Source: Felis catus
Taxonomy: Eukaryota
Length of the DNA: 64,000 nt
Direction: 5' to 3'
NCBI RefSeq assembly: GCF_018350175.1
Contig: NC_058368.1
Coordinates: forward strand, 115,756,001-115,820,000
The notes beneath the pieces are model-generated. The model was not told the origin of the DNA. It worked only from the letters and a program-made list of their open reading frames with translations, and ran no database searches. The position numbers and the translations under genes are program-made. Below, piece by piece: positions 27,590 to 39,540 of this stretch (the first letter of the stretch is position 1; the number at the start of each line of letters is the position of its first letter).

Positions 27590-28778
27590 ACATGAGTTAT
27601 TTCTGATTTTATTTATAATATAAAAATGTTCAAGTGTCAACAGTCAGGTGTTTGGACATTTCAGGGCAGGGTTCTCATTTGTTGGTTTGTTTGTTTAAAC
27701 AATTACCTTTTGACAAATTAGCAGTGGACCCAGTTTTGCGGGGTGGGGAGGGAGTGGAATTCGTAGGTGGCTTGGGGTCTGGAAGGAAATGGTGTTACTT
27801 TATTGCTAAAAGGGGAATCAAATACACTGTGGAGTGGCTCTTCTCGGTCCCAGCGTGACCATGCATCCAATCTAAAGAATCTGAAATGCAAAGGACATGC
27901 AGGCATAAAATAGAAAAGACAACCTGTAAACGAAGGTGCTGCAGAGGACGGAAGGGCATCCTGGAGGCCACAGGGGAGGAGGAGCTGGAACTTTGGGGCC
28001 CTGGCAGAGCTGCCCCCTCCCTGGGGCCGGTGCGGTTGGGAAGACCTCTTAGTGCCCCCTCCCTTAGCAGCTATGAGGAGCAGGGTGGCCCCCTCCCCAT
28101 TCTGGTTGCTGTCGCTGGGCCTCAAGTCTCCCCCTCCAAAAGTTACCTGACCCCAACTCTAGCTCCAAGCCTAGGATCCCCACCTTCTCCTCGCCTTCTC
28201 CTCAGGGTGTCGGGGGGCCTGAAGATCTTGCCTGAGGGCAAAGCTACTCCTGTCCTCATTTCCTTCCTCAGGGCGGATCCCCTCCCAGCCCCCACCCTTG
28301 CCCCCACTAGCACCCAGCAGTCTTGTCTTTGCCGGCTTCCTCTCACCCCTGCCAGCTGGGGATCCTACAGTCCCCTCAGCCCCACCCCACCCCACCCCAC
28401 AACCCAGACTTCTCTCCAGGAGCTCCAGATTAGCGTACAGCAAAAGGCACCACAATATAGGTTTCTATTAAAGAGTCAAAAAATTGGCCCATCTCTCTTT
28501 TTTTTTGTTGTTTCTTTTTTTTTTTCCGAAGCTGTAAATCAGGATGTTACATATAAATAGTTTCCCTATAAAAACGTCTTTGCCGTTAGCTAGTATTATA
28601 AGACAATTTTTGCTAAAATGAAAATAAAACATTTTGTTATACCTTTTTCCTTTTATAGAAAATAAAAATATTTTTATTTCTTTTTTTCCTCCTTTCTCTC
28701 TCCAGGCGGTGGTCTCTGTTCTCCGTAAAGACAGTGGGGCAGGCGAGGCGGAGGGGGGCGGCGGGGCGGCGGGGGCCC
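27590..28778 (-). other. NRG2: NRG2 3' UTR (approximate)
   Basis: Follows the TAG stop; AU-rich blocks; AATAAA on - strand at 28673-28678, 27799-27804 and 27608-27613. Confidence 0.65.
27608..27613 (-). terminator. Candidate distal polyadenylation signal of NRG2
   Basis: TTTATT on + (AATAAA on -), with a GT-rich element (gtttgactgtgtgtgcc) downstream on the - strand. Confidence 0.6.
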
Positions 28779-29640
28779 CTAGAGGGGCGCCGAGTCCTGC
28801 TTGCCCCGCGGGGGGGGCCCGCGGCTGTGTCTGCTGCTGGCCCGCGTGCTGTGGCTGTCCAGGGAGTAGTAAGTCCTGCTGTCGGCCGCCGGGCACAGCG
28901 GCGGCGAGTCCGAGCGCAGCGCATCGTGCGCCGCGCGCAGGCCGAGGAAAGGCGTACTCTCGGCCGCCAGCGCCCCGTCCGCGTCGTCGTCCGAGCCTGA
29001 GGCCGAGCCGCCACCCGAGCCGCTGCTCAGCGACAGCGAGTCCCGCGCCGCGCGTGCGCGCTGCGCCGCCAGCCCATTGAGGCGCGAGCGGCGCCAGCGC
29101 CGGGGCCCCGCCGACGTCCTGCGGGACGCGCCGCGGGCGCGCGGCCGCGGTGGGGGAGGGGGCGCGCACTCCTGCGTGGTCTCGTACTCGTCGTCCTCCG
29201 GGATGCGGAAGGGGCTGGCGGGCAGGCTGCCCAGGCTGCCGCCCAGCGCGCAGGCTCCGCGCCGCGGCCCGGGCCCCGCCGCGGGGTAGTAGTAGCTGTC
29301 GTAGCTGCGCTGCATGTCCGCGCCGGGTCCCGGCCCGGGGCCAGGGGGCGCCGGCTGCCGCAGAAGCGGCTGCTGCTCCGCCAGGCGGTAGCTGATGGGT
29401 GCGGCCGGCGGCAGCGACACTGCGTGAGCGGAGTTGGGGGACGTGATCTCAAAAGTCGGCACCTGCGTGGCCAGCGAGTAGTGGAAGTCCACTGGAGAAA
29501 GGCGCGCGGGCGTGGTCAGTGCCGACACGTACCTGCGGAGAGATGCAGAGGCGTGGGCTGGGGGTTACGGGTTATGGGTTGCGGTGGAAGAGGTGGACCA
29601 CTGGTAGTGCCTGGGATCCCGCCCGCCCGAATGATGGTGG
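28730..29640. other. Intragenic CpG island over the NRG2 last coding exon
   Basis: Very high GC and dense CpG in an otherwise CpG-depleted window. Confidence 0.85.
28779..29532 (-). CDS. NRG2: NRG2 terminal coding exon (cytoplasmic tail YVSALTTPARLSPVDF...RGKQDSAPL*)
   Basis: ccgcag acceptor; matches ORF 28779..29528; neuregulin tail motifs TTPARLSPVDF, SPFRIPEDDEYETTQE and ESTPFL. Confidence 0.97.
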
Positions 29641-31656
29641 CAGTCCTCAGTGACCTTAAGCAATTTCCTTAACCTCCCCCAGGCTCGGTTTCCTTATGTG
29701 TTAAGAGGGGATAACCACAGTGCTCATTCCAGGCTGTTGTTGGAATGATTCCATAAACGTATCACATGGGATGTGCCGGTGCCACTGCCTGCCTGATGCT
29801 CCAACGTGAACGGTCCTTTTGGTGTGAGGGATGCACACAGTCACCAATATTCTTGAACTGTTACTTTGGGTCAGGCTCAGATTGGGGCATTTTACATGCA
29901 CCATTTCATCTAATACGGTAATTCTGTAAGACCCTTACTTTAGTCCCATACCACACATGAGAAAACTGAGACTCAGAACATTTAAGTGACTTGCTCAAGG
30001 TTCACACAACCGGGAAGTAGTAGGGCTGGGATTTGAACCGATGCCAGGCAGAACCAGGACTTATGCTTCCTTGCTCTCCAGAGCCCTTATTACTCTCTTT
30101 CTGGATCGTCTGACTTCCCTCTCCCACATGGACATCCAGTTAACCACCATACCCCACCTCCTGGAACACACCCTTTGCCCTGCTCTACCTCGACCTGGGC
30201 CTAATTGTTCACTCTGGTTATTCCCCCACTCCAGGGTCTCTCCTCCACTGTATGCAGTTTCCAAAGCAATCGTTTAAAGTCAGTTTTGCTTAAGGAGGCC
30301 CTTCCTGCCCCAGGGCCATCAGCCATCTACCTGGCCCCAGTCTACCTGTTCAGGCCCAGCTCCATTCTCCCTACATCTCACCCTGCTCTGGGCATCTCAC
30401 TCACTAGCAATGTTCTTAAGTGCCTCTGCTAGTACAGCTCAAGGTACTCCCTTGCCTGGAAAGCTCTCCCTGTCTCTCTGCCTCCCAACCAGTAAGAAGT
30501 TCTATTGCTATTGATAATGATTGATAACAACCTAGTGTAGCCAAGTAGGAGTCAGAGAGCTTTGTGCACATGATCTCTGATGACCTTCGCAAGAACCATG
30601 CATGATAGGTATTGTTTTTCATGTTCCACAGCTGAGGAAACAAGGCACAGGTGATCAACCTGCTGCAAATCACATAGGTGGTGGAGCTGGGCTTTAAAAG
30701 GTTGGGTATGGAAAACCTGGCTGCCTCCTAGAGCCTGCAGTTAGGCTGGGTCTGTCTGTCCTGCTGGGATGTCCTGTGCTTAGCACGTTCCATAGGACGC
30801 TGTGAGTGTCAGTGGTTTGTGTCTATGGCTGGGAGCTTCTCAGTAGCAAAAACAAGATGGACCGTCTCTGGACCCCCAGGCAGGCTGCTCAGTGAGGGCT
30901 GGCAGGGAGTAGGTGAAGTTAGAGCCAGAGAACATTTCCTCTCCCTCCACTCCAGCCTGGAGTTCCCAGTACTATGCACCTTCCTCTACTCTCCTCCCAC
31001 AGACTCCACTTGCTAAGGGCCACTGGAGGGCTGAGCAACGTAGAGGGCTGGCCTCCTATGACTCCTGGCTTGGAGTCAGGGAAGAAAGGGAGTTTCCTGG
31101 TTCTCAGTGCAGCCACTGCTCGGAAACCCAATGGTGTCTTGATCCCTGGGCCTTGTTGCTGATACTGCCAGGGCCTGCAGTCCTTCTTGGCTCATGCCCA
31201 GCCTGCCCTGGTCATTCTCTTTGCAGACAGCCTCCCCTCCCACCCTTCAGTCTGCTCGATCTTGGTGTCTTTCTGTTCCCACTGGGACATGGGGCCTCTA
31301 GGTGACACCAGGGTAGGGCTACCATATGTTCTGTCTTGTCCAGAACAGCCACTGTTTGTTCCTGATGTTCTAGTGCAATTATAGCATCCTCTTCAACTTT
31401 GAAAAGTGTCCCAGTAGGACAATTAAATTAGATGGTCACTCCACACCAGGGTCCACTGGCTCAAACTCAGTCCCAGTCTGTCATTAACATGCACCCTGAG
31501 CAGATCATTCCACCTTTCAGGGACCTTGCTTGCCCATCTGAAAAATGGACATGGGAATTTTTGGAGTGTCTCTGAGGTGCCCTAAGGGTCGGCCCTGGGT
31601 CATTGGTGCCAGTCCTCTGGCCAAGGTGGGGCACAGGACACAAGATAGGAACTGAC

Positions 31657-31884
31657 CTCTCGCTATGTGGGGAGTCACGCAGAGAGTCTACGGAGTCGTG
31701 GTAAGGTGGCACGGCAGCCCTGCGCCGCTCCTCCAGGCTGTAGGCCGCTGCCCGCCGTGCCCGGGCCTCCACACACGCTGGGCTGTTGCACTTGCTGGTG
31801 CCCACTGATGACAGCATGATGCCCGACTGGGAGTCAGAGGTCAGGCTTTCAGAACGTTCCAGGCTCCACGTGTGGCTCTCATGC
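31657..31884 (-). CDS. NRG2: NRG2 cytoplasmic exon (RHESHTWSLERSESLTSDSQSGIMLSS...DSLRDSPHSER)
   Basis: ctctag acceptor and gtcagt donor on - strand; 228 nt, phase 2-2. Confidence 0.95.
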
Positions 31885-32707
31885 CTAGAGAAGCCAGGTG
31901 GAGGTGAGGTGGGGGATCAGGAAGGGGCAGGACAGCCTAACAGGTGTGGTCCCAGGTCCCCCCGCCCCCCGGTTCTTCATTTCATTTCAGGCACCCTCAG
32001 CTCAATGCCCTTCTCCACTCTGAGCTGACGTGTAGTATGATGGAGGGAAAAGGAGGGCTAGGGTCCTGTGGATGGGTGAGCCCCAACAGGTGTAAGCCTT
32101 TTCTTTTCCTTCGTACAACCAACCTCCCCCTAGCCTCAGCCCGGGGCCCCGGGTCCACTCCCATGATCCTTAGCCTCTTATGTCAGGAGCGCAGCCCTCG
32201 TGGCCAATACATGGGGGCCCGGCCTATTCCATGCTGTTCCCCAGGGAAGAAGGCGGCCAATCATGTTATTGAGCTGTATGAACCTTTGTGCTTGGGTGAA
32301 CAAAGAAAAGGAGGCTAAGGTGGACTAGGTTCGTAAAAGCAAACTCAGGAGAGAGCATCTAATAGGTCTGGGTGTTTGGATGAGGAGGCATTTTATGCCA
32401 GATAATGTGGTGCTAATGAGGTCCAACCAAAACTACATGTTAGGTGGGAGCCCAGTGATGCTGTTGTTCCTCTGGGGCTGGTTTAGACTGGAAAAGGGAA
32501 TCTGGTCCCCTGAGGATGGATGAATGTTTGGTGGTGGGTCCCGGTCTGAAGTCCTTTACCTATATCCCTTGACTCAGAGGGACCCTCAGTACAGGGCATA
32601 GCCTGGCTGGGAGGTTTCTTTGTGTGTCTCCGGGCATATGTGTTAGTGCTTTCTGTGGGTGTGCATACAGGAGTCTGCAAATCTCTGTGGGCCTGGGTGG
32701 TGCCCAC

Positions 32708-32835
32708 CTGTGGCTGGAGGTGGGTGTGGCTGTGGAACAGTGGTGAGAAGGAGAACAGGAGTGGCTCCCAGAGAAGGTGGTCTCCGTTTCCCTCCGGATG
32801 ACATGGTCTGTGGCTGGCACATTCTTGGAGATATA
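32708..32835 (-). CDS. NRG2: NRG2 cytoplasmic exon (YISKNVPATDHVIRRETETTFSGSHSCSPSHHCSTATPTSSHR)
   Basis: ttgcag acceptor and gtgggc donor on - strand. Confidence 0.95.
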
Positions 32836-33160
32836 CTGCAACAGACACAGTTGGGCGGGAGTTAGTGACGAGTGAGTGGGTCAGCCCTCCTTCCGGGTGG
32901 GGATGGGGAAGTGAAGCACTAAGCTTCAGGTTGGGGAGTGGTCCACTGGATAAGTGACTTGATGTTAGGGCAGCGGTGGCCCCAGCGAATCAACCCCTTA
33001 AGGAAGTGGGCAAAGCGAGGCCAGTCATTCTGGTGAGGCTAGGCGAGGCTAGCGGGCAAGGCTGAGCATGGGATGGGCTGGCTGCTGCCCCGGCCCTTCC
33101 TTGCAGGGCACGTGACAAAGGCTGGCAGTACAGTGAAGGGGTTCTGGTAATACCACTCAC

Positions 33161-33284
33161 ATCTGCCATCTGGATCTCCTCAGGGTCCAGCCGGGGGTGG
33201 CTGGGCCCGTTGGCCAAGCTCCGATTCTGGTGGGCTGGGCACATGTTCTGCCGGAGGTGATTGTGCATCTGCTTCCGCTGTTTT
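33161..33284 (-). CDS. NRG2: NRG2 juxtamembrane cytoplasmic exon (KQRKQMHNHLRQNMCPAHQNRSLANGPSHPRLDPEEIQMAD)
   Basis: atacag acceptor and gtgagt donor on - strand. Confidence 0.95.
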
Positions 33285-34008
33285 CTGTATAGGAGAAGGG
33301 TGTGTTAGCCACCCCCCCCGCCCCATACAATGTATGAAATTCCCTAGCTGTCCCCCCAGGGGAACTCTTCTACCTCTGCCCTGGATGCCGGGGCAGTCTC
33401 CTGCTACCGCTCTTCCCTGTGCTCAGCCTGTTCTCAGCCAGGAACCCCCGCTGGTCTGCCTCCTCCACTATCACCACGAGCTTGAATTCAGCAGGACCTG
33501 AGCATAGTGGTTCTGAGCTTTGGCTCTGCTGAGAGAGCTTTGGCTCTACTACATCCTAGCTATGTAACCCTGGGCCAGTTACTTAAACTCTCCATGGTTC
33601 ACTTTCCTCATCTTAAAGTGGGGTGACCATTTACCCATCCCAAAGTCACCTGAGAATTAAGAGCAGATAAAATATTCAGGCACTGGCCCACCCACCCACC
33701 CATTCATTCATTCATTTGCTCTTTCTTGGGTTTTTGCTATGTGCCAGATGCTGTTTTGGAACAGCGAAGGAGACAGACACAATCCCTACCCTCGTGGGGC
33801 TGGCAGGCCAGTAGGGGAGGCAGATAATAAACACATAAACAAATTAATAAACAAGATACTTTCAGTAAAATGCAATGAGAAAAATAAAACATGGTGCTAT
33901 GGTCAGGGGCCTGTGGGACTACTTTACATTGGCCATATTAAGTACCCAACACATTTGTTCTGTAATCAACAAGTCTAATCATGTCACTCCCATTTAAAAC
34001 CCTTCATT

Positions 34009-34196
34009 GGGGGTGCCTGGGCGGCTCAGTCGGTTAAGCGTCCGACTTGGGCTCAGGTCATGATCTCATGGTTCGTGAGTTCAGATCCTGCATTGGGCTC
34101 TCTGCTGTCAGCACGAAGCCTGCTTCAGAGCCTCTGTGCTCCCCTGCTCATGCTCATGCTCTCTCTCAAAAATAAACATTAAAAACCAAAAACAAC
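34009..34196 (+). mobile_element. Can-SINE inside an L2 remnant
   Basis: gggggtgcctgggcggctcagtcggttaagcgtccgact start; A-rich tail; degenerate TSD aaaaccc(t/a)tc...tgg. Confidence 0.85.
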
Positions 34197-35663
34197 AAAA
34201 CCCATCGCTGGCCCTCTCTCAGTGCCCTCTCACTGCCCTAGCTTGCTGTATCCTTGGGGAGGCTTATTTCTGATCCCCCACCATGCTGCCCTCTCCACCG
34301 TTTGGACCTCTGCACATACTGTTACATCCCAATGGAGCACACTCTCTGCCTCTTCTTCACCTGCTAACTCCTGCTCTTCTCTTAGGCTCAGCCTAAATGC
34401 TGCTTCCTCAGAGAAACCCTTCTTGCCTTCCAGCCAAAGTTAGGCACCCCTGCAATGTATCTTATCACACTGGACATCTTGCTTAGAGCACTGGCCATGG
34501 GCCTGGTGCAGGGCCTGGTATCTAGCAGGCAGTGAATGAAAGTTTGTTGAAGAAATGAATGAGGTTAGAATAGGGGCTTGCTTTTCCACTAGTTCTTGAC
34601 CTCATTTTTCCTACCTGGGCCCAGTCTCCTCTGGGATCCTTGAGCCCCAAATCCCAAGGCCGGCAGGGCCTTAGATCCCATAGATAGGCGTAGCAGGAGT
34701 CAAGACCACGGGACTCAGTACACTAAATGGTGGCTATGCCCAGACCTTGCTTTCTGGATAAGAATGGATGGGACAAACCTATCATTTTCTCTGCACTACA
34801 TCACTCTACAACCTTCATTGGCTCCCTATCATTTATAGAATAAACCCAGGCTTCCTAGCTTGGGATTCAATGCCCTATGGTACTATCTAGGTTCCAGCTG
34901 TCTTTTTAGACTCATGCCTTTTCCTTGACCCCAGAATTACTCCAACTAGTCTGGGCTGCTCGTGCTCTAGGAACACAGCTGACCCTTTCCCACCTTTGTC
35001 TGTCAGCCTGCACTCTTGTACAGGAACTGGCAGCACCCTTTCTGCACCTTTCTTCCCCTTGCTCTAAACTTCTGCCCCATCTTTCCTCTGCCCAGAAGTG
35101 ACCCGGCCTCATCTTCTCTGGGCTCTGGCCTGGCCCGCTCCCAAGTGAGACGAGGCAGTATGTCCCAAGGTCTCTTTTTCCACTGGGAATGCAGCCTTCT
35201 TTTCTGTGCTTCCTCACTCCCAACACTGCTCCAGCACCAGCCTACTTGATAAGGCAGATGCCCCTTCACAGTGTCGTCTGAGGTACCTACTAGGATCACT
35301 CCCGCTTTACAGATGAGGACTCCGAGAGATCCGTCAATTTACTCAGGGTCATGGTAAATGGGAGAGCTGAATTCAAACCCAGATCTGTCTTCTTCCAACG
35401 CTCGTGCTCACAACAATTCTTGTTCATTCCTCTGGGGCCTGTCCCTCCTACCCTCTGCTCCTGCTTCTTGGCCCAGCCCTTCCTCTCCACACCAGCTGCA
35501 GAGGCCCCTGAAGGGGCTGTTGGGGCATAAGGGGGTGGCCAGGCCAGACATGGGGAGGGTGTGTGTGGGAGGGCGGGGGGTGGAGAGAGACTGTTTTCAC
35601 AAAAGCAGTCCTGGAGGCCCATCCCTAGTTGGCCTACTGCAGGCCCGAGTGTCTGACACTCAC

Positions 35664-35766
35664 TTAGTCTTGCAGTAGGCGACCACGCAGACAATGCCCA
35701 CGACCAGCAGAGCCACGCAGATACCGGTGATAGTCAGGACCCTCTTCTGGTACAGCTCCTCGGCTT
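35664..35766 (-). CDS. NRG2: NRG2 transmembrane exon (AEELYQKRVLTITGICVALLVVGIVCVVAYCKTK)
   Basis: ctgcag acceptor, gtgagt donor; canonical neuregulin transmembrane segment. Confidence 0.97.
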
Positions 35767-36906
35767 CTGCAGAGGCAGAAGAAGAGGATGTGAGGGGGCA
35801 GGGCAGGAGGCAGATCCAAGGGGAAAGTGGTGCAAAGAACCCACCCCCACCTGCCCCCAAAGCTTTGGGCTCCCTCCAGCTCAGGGCCTCCCAGCTCCTT
35901 TGCATCTCCTCCTTCCCCAGCTAGTCCCTCCCTTCTGGATTGCTTTCTGTTGCCCCTAAATCCTCCCACATGTGATCTGCTCACAAGTGACTGAATTCAC
36001 CTTCCCAAACCCTACACCCTGCCCAGAGCACATGAATGGAAAATGCAGGGGGTGGGGGTGGGTGGGATGGAGGTGAAATTCCAAAGGCCACAGGCGAGGG
36101 CAACCCGGCTTGGCCAGCAACCTTGCCCTGCTCCACTATGGCCTGATGGCTTCAAAGAGCCTGGATGGGTTGGGGAGAGCTGTTCTTCATGGCAGTGAAC
36201 ATGTAGACGCTCAGCAGAGCTGGCTTGCCATTTCTGCTTTGCTAAGAAAGGCAAGGACGTCAGACAGGACATCAGACCCAGAGGCTGGACTTAGGAGGGA
36301 CGCCAGGAGCAGGGACAGAGCAGACCAGGCCCATGGAGGAGGGCATAGAGAGAAAGGCCTTGATTTGTTCCTGCACCCTGGATAGCATGTGGCCCTGGCC
36401 CATACCAGCCCTTCCCTTTGCTTTCGAGAAACCCACGAATGGCAGCATAGCCCTTGGTGCCTAGGAAAGTTCTTGTGCTCAAGGAGCAGCCGCCACCCTT
36501 TCCGAGGGGTTGAGCTAGGCTGGGTCTCAAAAAGAACCAGCCATCCCTTCCACCTCCTACTTCTTGGTGGGGCAACTCTTGCCCGTCTAGAGCAGAGAAA
36601 ACCAGGAGGAAGAAAAGGAAAAAGGTGACAGCAGCAGCCTAGGCATCCCCTGCCCCCACCTGTACCTGCCAGCTGGCCCCTCCACATGGCCCCCTCCCCC
36701 CAGCACAGGGATAGGTGGAGGCTAGACCCCAGCACCGTGGTAGAGCCCTGGGAAATGTCCTGAAGTCCTTGGACTTGCAGCCCCTCCTGTGTACACCAAC
36801 CAGCAAAAACTGTGAGTACAAACCCTCTAGACACACATACCTTTAGGGCTCTGGCTATCTGCACACAGATCCCTTCACAAAGATACACTCCTACGTGTCT
36901 AGAGAA

Positions 36907-36915
36907 GTGTGTGTG

Positions 36916-36952
<37 letters not shown>
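36907..36952 (+). repeat. (TG)n(CG)n(CA)n alternating purine-pyrimidine microsatellite
   Basis: gtgtgtgtgcgcgcgcacacac... read directly. Confidence 0.9.
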
Positions 36953-36954
<2 letters not shown>

Positions 36955-37329
36955 ATGCAGTCTTAACCCTCCACCCTGGCCCCCCATCTCTGGGCTCTGT
37001 GGTCCATATCCTGCTTCTGTTTCTCATCCCTGCCCACTCCCAGTCCTCTCCAGTGGGGCATCTGTCTCTGTCATTCCTCGGAGACCACTCTGGTCACGGT
37101 CACCAACAACTACCCACTTCCAAGTCCTGTGGTCATTTGCTTCCCTCTCGGCTCACTCCCCCTGTTGCGCCCACTCCCCCTGGATGGCTCTTCTTTCCTG
37201 GGTGTCGCCCTCTTTCACCGGCTGACCTGTTCAGTTGCCGCTTCCTACTCTTCTATGTGGCCTGCAAGGTAGAAGGGCCCAGAGCTCCCAGGCTTCTTTC
37301 CTTCCTCCACGTGCCCTCTCTCCCCTCAT

Positions 37330-38310
37330 GATCTCACCCAGCTCTGACTTTAAATACCATCTGTATGCAGGGGACTCTCAAATTTGTATCTCCTGCTCTG
37401 ACTTCTGCCTGAACTCCAGACTGCTCTACCCAAGGGCCACGGCCAAACAGAAGTGCTGATTCCCCAGCCTCTTTCCATACCTGCTCCTGGCCCTTCCCAT
37501 GTCGTCAGTGGTCGCACCACCTCCCCTATTGCTCAGGCCCTGAACTTGGCATCACTGCTGATGACTCCTTTCTCCCCGCCTGCTCTGATACCTAGTCCTT
37601 CAGCAAGTCTTCTCAGCTCTGCCTCCCAAGTAGATTCTGGGTTTGGCCACTTCCACTGCTTCTAGCTCAGTCCAGGATGGTGTCATCTCTCACCTGGATA
37701 GCAGGTCACCTTCTGACAGGCTTCCTTGCTTCCACTGCTCCCCAGCCTGTCTCCCAACCCAGTCTATTCTCTGCCCCCAAGCCTGCAGATCGTTTACTCC
37801 TTGGCTTCAAACTCACAATGGCCGCCCCCCTGCGATTCAAATACAACCCAAAGACCTGCCATGGCCTAGGAGGCCTGGGTTACCATCTCAGCCCTCCTTT
37901 TACATCTCGTCATTGGTTCAGCCCCCATGTCTTCTGTGACCAAAGTCGCTGGCATTCCTTCTGTCCGCTGAGCAAGGCAAGCCCGCTCCAACCACACCCT
38001 CCCTAACTTGCCTCCAACACCCTCCTCCAGTTGTTTGCAGGGCTGGCTACTTTTTAGCAGGTTTTAGCGCAGATGCTACCTCATCGCCTCAGCCTTTCCT
38101 GGCCACTTAGCTAAAGTAACTCTGTCTCCAGCTTGGCGCCCTCCCATCACCTTCTTTTATTTTCAGTAGGGCACTTACCACCACCTGCTATCTTTCCTGT
38201 TTGTTGCGTGTCTCATACTGTGGATTTGAGTGCCAGGAAGGCAGGGACTCTGCGTGCCAGATCGCCAGAGTTGGCAAATTCTGGGGTTCAGTAGATGTCT
38301 GTCGAGTTGG
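37330..38310 (+). mobile_element. L2 LINE remnant
   Basis: ctttaaataccatctgtatgc...ctctcaaatttgtatctcc and the 3' part gaaggcagggactctg, typical of L2. Confidence 0.65.
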
Positions 38311-39516
38311 TGCACGAATGGACATACAGACCGCCATTACAGACACAGGCATTTATTCGCACACGCGCACACTCACCTCCGCACCCTCCCAGTTCCACCT
38401 GCACAGCACTCAGCCCTTAACACAAAGACGCCCTGCTGTGCACCTCTGTGCACTCACATCCTGCACAGAGAGACCTAACAAGGCGTGTGACGCCCCCCCT
38501 CCCCCCAACACACACACCCCTGCGGGGTCGTGTCGCGCACCGTCACACGCAGACTCACCCCTCTCCTCCCGTCCCATCACCAGCAGCACATAGACACACA
38601 CGCTTCCACAGGCTTTTAGCTCTATCTTCTGAGGAGAGCTGATAGGGGCTGGGTGGTGAGGGAAGCGGGGCCTCTCCAGACCTGCCTCAAGAACAGCCTT
38701 TTCAGAACTGCAGGCTCTGCACCGCCTCTGAGGTCTGACCCCACCGAAGCCTTGACCCCTCCGAGTCCCTGCATCTCTCCATTTAAGCCTGGGTGGAGCC
38801 TCCCAGCTCAGAGAGAGGACAGAACGCTGCCTCCAAGTCCCTTTCCATTCATTGTGTCTCCCAGGGGCCAGAGGGAAGAAGTGGGAGGGAGGTAAGGTTC
38901 TGAGCTGGGGGGGGCAGGAGGGTGAGCACCGGAGGCCGGCTCACCCTTGACCCTCGCTCGTCTGGCCCACAGGCGAACACGCATACCATTGTGGAGACAG
39001 ATCATGAAGGGAATGACAGCCTCAAGCAGATGGCAAAGCCTGGCAGACAGACACGGGGCAGGGGGCAGAGACAAATGGGCATTATTAGCTGCCAGCGTGG
39101 TGCAGAATGAAAAGCAGTGGAGATGGAAGTGGGAAAAGGAAGGAGAATTAAAGTCAGATTAAAGAGGGTGCCTCTCTGCACAACTCTCCAAGCCAGGATT
39201 TCATGGCTTCCGGACATCAGCTCTCCAGGGGCCGGTCTCTTGTCTGGCCAACGCTTTGGGCATCAGCTCGGGAAGCTCCTCCCCCAGTGAGGCCTCAGGC
39301 GAGGGGGCCCCGCTGTACACTGGGGGCACCTATTCCGCCCTTCTCTTGTCTCCCCCAAATCAACGTAGTTTATGATGGGACATCTTGGGAGGGCCAGGGG
39401 AGATTTTTGGAATCATCCCTTTTCCTTTTTTTGGAAAGGAAACCAGCACACATGGTGTCAGAGGCTGTGGAGAGGGCTGGGGTGGATGGCACTGACTGAC
39501 ACATAGAGCTTCGTAC

Positions 39517-39540
39517 CCTTTAGTTCAAATCCAAGATGCT
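39517..39540 (-). CDS. NRG2: NRG2 24-nt alternative stalk microexon (KHLGFELKE)
   Basis: - strand reads ctgcactgccag|AGCATCTTGGATTTGAACTAAAGG|gtacga; phase 1-1; homologous to the NRG1 linker KHLGIEF. Confidence 0.9.

Noticed and set aside
27886..29452. Several long overlapping ORFs (27886..28560 +, 28468..29169 -, 28634..29080 +, 29027..29452 -)
   Set aside because: Explained by stop-codon scarcity in the CpG island and GC-rich UTR; low-complexity Ala/Arg/Pro/Gly translations.
36211..36987. 258-aa - strand ORF (similarly 42137..42832, 47332..48069, 18875..19492)
   Set aside because: Intronic, partly microsatellite or low-complexity translations; no exon-like phase fit with NRG2 or PSD2.
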